A stretch of DNA of 64,000 nt from Candidatus Latescibacterota bacterium. Lineage in GTDB: Bacteria; Latescibacterota; UBA2968. Below, piece after piece: positions 59,140 to 64,000 of this stretch. The notes under the pieces are model-generated. The model had not been told where the DNA came from. It saw only the letters and a program-made list of their open reading frames with translations, and ran no database searches. The DNA is taken from the NCBI GenBank assembly GCA_965207885.1, contig OZ242311.1, forward strand, positions 1,280,001 to 1,344,000, read 5' to 3'. Positions within the stretch are counted from its first letter, which is position 1. The number at the start of each line of letters is the position of its first letter. The position numbers and the translations under genes are program-made.

Positions 59140-60132
59140 ATGTATCCCCTTACAGCCACTATCAGCGGGGTGGGGCACTACGTCCCAGAACAAAAGCTGA
59201 CCAATGCCGACCTCGAAAAAATGGTCGATACATCCGACGAGTGGATCACTTCCCGCACAGGCATTAAAGAACGCCGCATCCTCAACGAGGGGTTGGGCAC
59301 ATCTTTTATGGCTCTAAAATCTATGGAAGCCATTCTGCACAACAAAGGACTCGATGCCAGAGATATCGACTTGATCATCGTTGCGACCATCACCCCCGAC
59401 ATGGTATTTCCGTCATCAGCCTGTCTGGTACAGGACCAAATTGGTGCCACAAATGCCTGGGCTTTCGACCTATCGGCAGCATGTAGCGGTTTTCTATATG
59501 CCCTAATGGTGGGAGGGCAATTTGTTGAAACGGGCGCACACAAACGCGTGGTCGTCATTGGGGCCGACAAAATGAGCAGCATCACAGACTACACCGACCG
59601 CGAGACCTGTGTGCTCTTTGGCGATGGCGCGGGCGCGGTTTTACTCGAACCCGGCGAACCCGGTTTGGGGCTTAAAGACTTTATTCTCTATTCTGATGGC
59701 AGCGGCGTAAAACATCTGCGACAACCCGCTGGCGGCAGTCTGCTTCCGGCCTCTCGTGAAACCGTTGATAAGAAAATGCACTATATTTATCAAGATGGTC
59801 GCGAAGTTTTCAAATTTGCAGTTCCCAAGATGGCCGAAGTTTCCGCTCAAATCCTCGAACGCAACGGCCTTGTCGGCAAAGACATCGCGCTTTTTGTGCC
59901 ACATCAGGCCAACAAGCGCATTATCGACGCCTGTGTTAAACGCACAGATATACCTAAAGATCGCGTTGTAGTCAATATCGACCGCTATGCCAACACCTCG
60001 GCTGCCACTATTCCCATTGGCCTGTCTGAAGCAGTCGAACAGGGCCGTCTCAGCCGCGGTGACAATGTGCTGCTCGCCAGTGCCGGTGCGGGATATACCT
60101 GGGGCAGCACCCTGCTAACCTGGGCTTATTAA
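59140..60132 (+). CDS. fabH: Beta-ketoacyl-ACP synthase III
   Basis: DTSDEWI, AACSGF, FGDGAGA, PHQAN and NTSAATIP. Confidence 0.97.
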   Translation: MYPLTATISGVGHYVPEQKLTNADLEKMVDTSDEWITSRTGIKERRILNEGLGTSFMALKSMEAILHNKGLDARDIDLIIVATITPDMVFPSSACLVQDQIGATNAWAFDLSAACSGFLYALMVGGQFVETGAHKRVVVIGADKMSSITDYTDRETCVLFGDGAGAVLLEPGEPGLGLKDFILYSDGSGVKHLRQPAGGSLLPASRETVDKKMHYIYQDGREVFKFAVPKMAEVSAQILERNGLVGKDIALFVPHQANKRIIDACVKRTDIPKDRVVVNIDRYANTSAATIPIGLSEAVEQGRLSRGDNVLLASAGAGYTWGSTLLTWAY

Positions 60133-61050
60133 ATGACAAAAAAAGCTTTCCTATTTCCAGGGCAAGGCTCCCAATTTGTTGGCATGGGATACGACCTGTA
60201 CAGGGCCGCACCAGAAGCGCACAAAATTTTTGATCTTGCCGACGATGTGCTCGACATAGACATCAAATCATTCTGCTTTAGCGGTCCTGCCGAGTCACTC
60301 AAACAAACCGCAGTCACACAACCGGCAATTTTTGCCCACAGCATTGCCGCTCTTGAAGTACTTAAAAGCCGGGGACTGAAACCCGACCTCGTGGCGGGAC
60401 ACAGTGTCGGAGAACTCGCCGCCCTCGTTGCAGCAGGTGTCATGCGCGTCGAAGACGGCTTTCGGGTCGTCAGCGTTCGCGGACATGCCATGCAAGTCGC
60501 GGGAAAAATTCGGCCAGGCACCATGGCTGCAGTGCTCGGTCTCGACGACGACGTAATGATTCGTCTTTGCGCTGACCTCAGTTCTTCGGGCCATGTTACA
60601 ACAGCCAATTTCAATTGCCCCGGGCAAGTGGTCCTATCTGGCGAGGAAAATGCCGTTGACGAAGCACTCGAAAAAGCCAAAGCACTGGGAGCCAAACGCG
60701 CCGTGCTCTTGCCCGTAGGCGGCGCATTTCACTCGGCCCTGATGCAGCCAGCCGTAACAGCACTGACCGATATACTCGACGATGTGCCATTTGCTCAAGC
60801 GCAAATTCCCGTAATACCCAATGTCACTGCTGAATCCACACGCGATCCAGATCTGCTCAAAGACCTGTTGATCGAGCAAGTTATTTCGCCGGTTCGCTGG
60901 ACCGAATCCATGCAACGACTCATTGCAGAAGGCATGACCGAAGCCCTCGAAGTGGGGCCAGGCAATGTACTCAAAGGACTCCTGCGCCGAATTGACCGAA
61001 ATATTCCAGTCCACGAAGCCGGCACATTGGAAGCTATAGAACAACTTTAG
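60133..61050 (+). CDS. fabD: Malonyl-CoA-ACP transacylase
   Basis: FPGQGSQ, TQPAI, GHSVGE and GAFHS. Confidence 0.97.
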   Translation: MTKKAFLFPGQGSQFVGMGYDLYRAAPEAHKIFDLADDVLDIDIKSFCFSGPAESLKQTAVTQPAIFAHSIAALEVLKSRGLKPDLVAGHSVGELAALVAAGVMRVEDGFRVVSVRGHAMQVAGKIRPGTMAAVLGLDDDVMIRLCADLSSSGHVTTANFNCPGQVVLSGEENAVDEALEKAKALGAKRAVLLPVGGAFHSALMQPAVTALTDILDDVPFAQAQIPVIPNVTAESTRDPDLLKDLLIEQVISPVRWTESMQRLIAEGMTEALEVGPGNVLKGLLRRIDRNIPVHEAGTLEAIEQL

Positions 61051-61077
61051 AGTGTTCAACTAACAGGTAACCATCCC

Positions 61078-61824
61078 ATGAACCGACTCACAGGTAAAAC
61101 AGCCCTTGTAACGGGCGGATCCCGCGGCATTGGCGAGGCCATTGCCCTGCGCCTTGCACGCGAAGGGGCCAACATCGCCGTATGTGCCAGCCAAAGCACA
61201 GAAGCTGCAGAAGCAGTGGCCGAAAAAATCCGCGCACAAGGCCGTGAAGCCCTTGTACAACAGACCGATGTCTCCAATGCCGAATCTGTTGAATCCCTTG
61301 TCGAAACCGTCCTCGACACCTGGGGCAAAATCGATGTGCTCGTCAACAATGCGGGTATCACCCGCGACAATTTGTTGATGCGTATGAAAGAAGACGAGTG
61401 GGATGCAGTTCTTGACGTCAATCTCAAAGGTGCGTACCATTGTATCAAAGCCGTCACCCGTCCCATGATGAGAGCGCGAGCCGGTCGCATCATCAATGTC
61501 TCATCGGTCGTGGGGCTTCTGGGCAATGCAGGGCAGATCAATTACGCCGCATCCAAATCGGGTCTTATTGGCCTGACCAAATCCGTAGCCAGGGAATTGG
61601 CCAGCCGCAATATTACGGCCAACGCCATTGCGCCCGGTTTTATTCCAACGGACATGACCGCCAAACTCAACGACAAAATACAAGAACAGTTGATCGCACA
61701 GATTCCACTGGGCAAACTCGGCAGTCCCGAAGATGTCGCCGCTGCCGCAGCCTTTCTCGCTTCTGATGACGCGGCCTATATTACCGGACAGGTTCTCGTT
61801 GTCGATGGCGGAATGGTGATGTAA
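61078..61824 (+). CDS. fabG: 3-oxoacyl-ACP reductase
   Basis: TGGSRGIG, NNAGITRD and NYAASK. Confidence 0.96.
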   Translation: MNRLTGKTALVTGGSRGIGEAIALRLAREGANIAVCASQSTEAAEAVAEKIRAQGREALVQQTDVSNAESVESLVETVLDTWGKIDVLVNNAGITRDNLLMRMKEDEWDAVLDVNLKGAYHCIKAVTRPMMRARAGRIINVSSVVGLLGNAGQINYAASKSGLIGLTKSVARELASRNITANAIAPGFIPTDMTAKLNDKIQEQLIAQIPLGKLGSPEDVAAAAAFLASDDAAYITGQVLVVDGGMVM

Positions 61825-61858
61825 ATAATCACTACACACTAATCACGGAGGGCTTCAC

Positions 61859-62098
61859 ATGACCGATGATATTCAACAAAAAGTTACTGACCTGATCGTT
61901 GACCAACTCGGCGTTGATGCCGATAGCGTCAATGCCGACGCCCATTTTATTGACGATCTGGGCGCAGACTCGCTCGACACAGTCGAATTGGTCATGGCTT
62001 TCGAAGAAGAATTTGACATGGAAATTTCCGATGAAGACGCCGAGAAGCTCGAAACAGTTGGCGATGCCATCGCATACTTAGACGAGCGTCTGGATTAA
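61859..62098 (+). CDS. acpP: Acyl carrier protein
   Basis: [20 protein letters not shown]. Confidence 0.98.
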   Translation: MTDDIQQKVTDLIVDQLGVDADSVNADAHFIDDLGADSLDTVELVMAFEEEFDMEISDEDAEKLETVGDAIAYLDERLD

Positions 62099-62106
62099 CT
62101 CGGAAA

Positions 62107-62137
62107 CTGGAGGCTGGAACCAATCTCCAGCCTCCAG
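62107..62137 (+). other. Perfect 12-bp stem-loop between acpP and fabF
   Basis: CTGGAGGCTGGA-ACCAATC-TCCAGCCTCCAG, with no U tract, abutting the fabF RBS. Confidence 0.7.
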
Positions 62138-62148
62138 GAGGTCATTTA

Positions 62149-63399
62149 GTGAACAGACAACGCAGAGTGGTCATCACCGGCATGGGCGCACTTGCCCCCA
62201 ATGGCAATACTACGGAAAGCTATTGGGAAGCATTGTGCAATGGACAAACAGGTGTTGGCCCCATAACAAAATTTGACGCCACTGATTTCCGCGTGCAGTT
62301 TGCCGCCGAAATCAAAAACTTTGACCCAGCGCACTTTGGCATTGACCCTCGAAGCCAGCGCCGCATGGATCTCTTTACCCAGTACGCCATTGCAGCATCT
62401 GTTCAGGCCGTAGAAAATGCAGGTCTCGATATCAATAATGAACAGGCCGAACGCATCGGGGTTGTATTCGGCTCGGGTATTGGCGGCATCCAAACCTTTG
62501 AGGATCAGCACGAAGCCTATCGCAAAGACGGTCCAAGACGCATCAGTCCACTTTTTGTGCCCATGATGATCCCCGACATGTCCGCAGGTCAAGTATCCAT
62601 TCACCTCGGTGCCAAAGGCCCCAATTATACCACCGTCACGGCTTGCGCCTCGGCAGCCCATGCCATTGGCAATGCAGCCCGCGAAATTTGGGACGACGAG
62701 GCCGATGTCATGATCACGGGCGGGGCAGAAGCCGCCATTACCCCAATGTCAGTCGGAGGATTTGCCGCGGCGCGAACGCTTTCAACCCGCAACGACGCCC
62801 CAACGCAAGCCAGCCGCCCCTTTGACGCAGACCGAGATGGATTTGTAATTGGAGAAGGTGCCGGTGGGCTTGTTCTGGAAGAACTCGAACGCGCAACACA
62901 ACGGGGTGCCACCATCTATGCCGAAGTAGTGGGGACTGGCTACACTGGCGATGCCTATCACATTACCGGTATGGCACCTGGCGGTGAGGGAGGTGCCCGC
63001 GCCATGTGCCGTGCCATGCGGCAGGCACAGATCAATCCCGGAGACGTAGCTTATATCAATGCACACGGCACATCAACACCTGTGGGCGATCCGGCAGAAA
63101 CAGCCGCCATCAAATCCGTATTTGGCGACCGGGCCAAAAAGCTCGCCGTCAGTTCGACAAAATCCATGACCGGACATCTTCTGGGAGCTTCGGGTGCGAT
63201 TGAAACCATTGCAGCAACCCTGGCGGTTCACCACAATGTGGTACCGCCCACGATCAACTATGAAACACCCGACCCAGAATGCGACCTCGATTACGTGCCC
63301 AATGAAGCGCGAGAAATACCCGTTGAAATCGCCATCAGCAACTCCTTTGGCTTCGGAGGTCACAACGCAGTAATCATCCTGCGTAAGTTTCGCAACTAA
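62149..63399 (+). CDS. fabF: Beta-ketoacyl-ACP synthase II
   Basis: TACAS, NAHGTST, KSMTGHLLGA and SNSFGFGG. Confidence 0.97.
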   Translation: MNRQRRVVITGMGALAPNGNTTESYWEALCNGQTGVGPITKFDATDFRVQFAAEIKNFDPAHFGIDPRSQRRMDLFTQYAIAASVQAVENAGLDINNEQAERIGVVFGSGIGGIQTFEDQHEAYRKDGPRRISPLFVPMMIPDMSAGQVSIHLGAKGPNYTTVTACASAAHAIGNAAREIWDDEADVMITGGAEAAITPMSVGGFAAARTLSTRNDAPTQASRPFDADRDGFVIGEGAGGLVLEELERATQRGATIYAEVVGTGYTGDAYHITGMAPGGEGGARAMCRAMRQAQINPGDVAYINAHGTSTPVGDPAETAAIKSVFGDRAKKLAVSSTKSMTGHLLGASGAIETIAATLAVHHNVVPPTINYETPDPECDLDYVPNEAREIPVEIAISNSFGFGGHNAVIILRKFRN

Positions 63400-63410
63400 C
63401 GAGACCATGC

Positions 63411-64000
63411 ATGCTACGTGAATTGAAAGGGGGCGGTTTTATCCGACTCGGAACCGTCTTACAAACAATCAGGCGCTGGTCCGCGGGCGTCAGAGTGCGT
63501 TCCCAGGAAGAACTCCAACGCAAACTCGGTTATACCTTTTCCAATACCGCTTTACTCGAACAAGCCCTTAAACACCGGTCCCATGTTTACGTCACTCAAG
63601 AAGGCAGCATTGCTTCCAACGAACGCCTGGAATTTTTGGGCGATGCCGTGCTCGATCTCATTGTGACAGAACATCTCTACAATCAGTTTAAAAATAAAAG
63701 AGAAGGCGAACTCACACAGATCAAGTCTCTGCTCGTCAGCAAGGTCGTCCTGGCCGAAAAAGGCCGCAAAATCCAACTCGGAGAATATCTCTATTTGAGC
63801 AAAGAAGAAATCTCATCTGGCGGGCGCCAACGCACCTCAATTATCGGCGATGCTTTTGAAGCGCTCTTAGGTGCGATTTACCTCGATGGTGGACTTGAAG
63901 CTGCCCGCTCATTTGTCGAACGCACAATTCTAACCAATGTTGAAGAAATCCTCGCCGACGGCAACTATCTCAACTTCAAAAGCCTGCTTCTCGAACACAC
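63411..64000 (+). CDS. rnc: Ribonuclease III (3' truncated by window; start uncertain)
   Basis: Manual translation gives LLEQALKHRS, NERLEFLGDAVL, EGELT and DAFEALLGAIYLDGG. Confidence 0.93.
   Translation, partial: MLRELKGGGFIRLGTVLQTIRRWSAGVRVRSQEELQRKLGYTFSNTALLEQALKHRSHVYVTQEGSIASNERLEFLGDAVLDLIVTEHLYNQFKNKREGELTQIKSLLVSKVVLAEKGRKIQLGEYLYLSKEEISSGGRQRTSIIGDAFEALLGAIYLDGGLEAARSFVERTILTNVEEILADGNYLNFKSLLLEH

Overview
Gene-dense bacterial window. PorV-like, T9SS-CTD and dockerin-like proteins suggest an FCB-superphylum organism, possibly Latescibacterota-like (inference). (1) 5.5-26 kb: a ~20 kb minus-strand aromatic amino acid supra-operon (trpE-G-D-C-F, tyrS, trpB-A, chorismate mutase, DAHP synthase, tyrA, aroE/K/B, plus menG, argS and purF). 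It is preceded by an unannotated 33-aa leader peptide rich in Phe, Trp and Tyr with a terminator/antiterminator pair, and it contains a half-size, apparently non-catalytic AroA. (2) 31-43 kb: an envelope/secretion cluster (PorV family, T9SS-CTD FG-GAP protein with a degenerate M6 site, zincin-propeller-barrel protein, dockerin-like tagged enzymes). (3) 44-50 kb: an accessory patch (long PIMT-like methyltransferase, ankyrin protein, TA pair, gene relics, sigma54 promoter with an orphan ABC ATPase, intact IS4-family element). (4) 51.5-57.7 kb: an operon encoding, in pathway order, a fatty acyl reductase, an HX4D acyltransferase, an animal-like alkyl-DHAP synthase and a DHRS7B-like SDR. This is a candidate bacterial version of the eukaryotic peroxisomal ether-lipid pathway. 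It is divergent from (5) an ndk-yceD-rpmF-fabH-fabD-fabG-acpP-fabF-rnc operon lacking plsX. No tRNA, rRNA or CRISPR array was recognised. All family assignments come from motif recognition by eye, not database searches.
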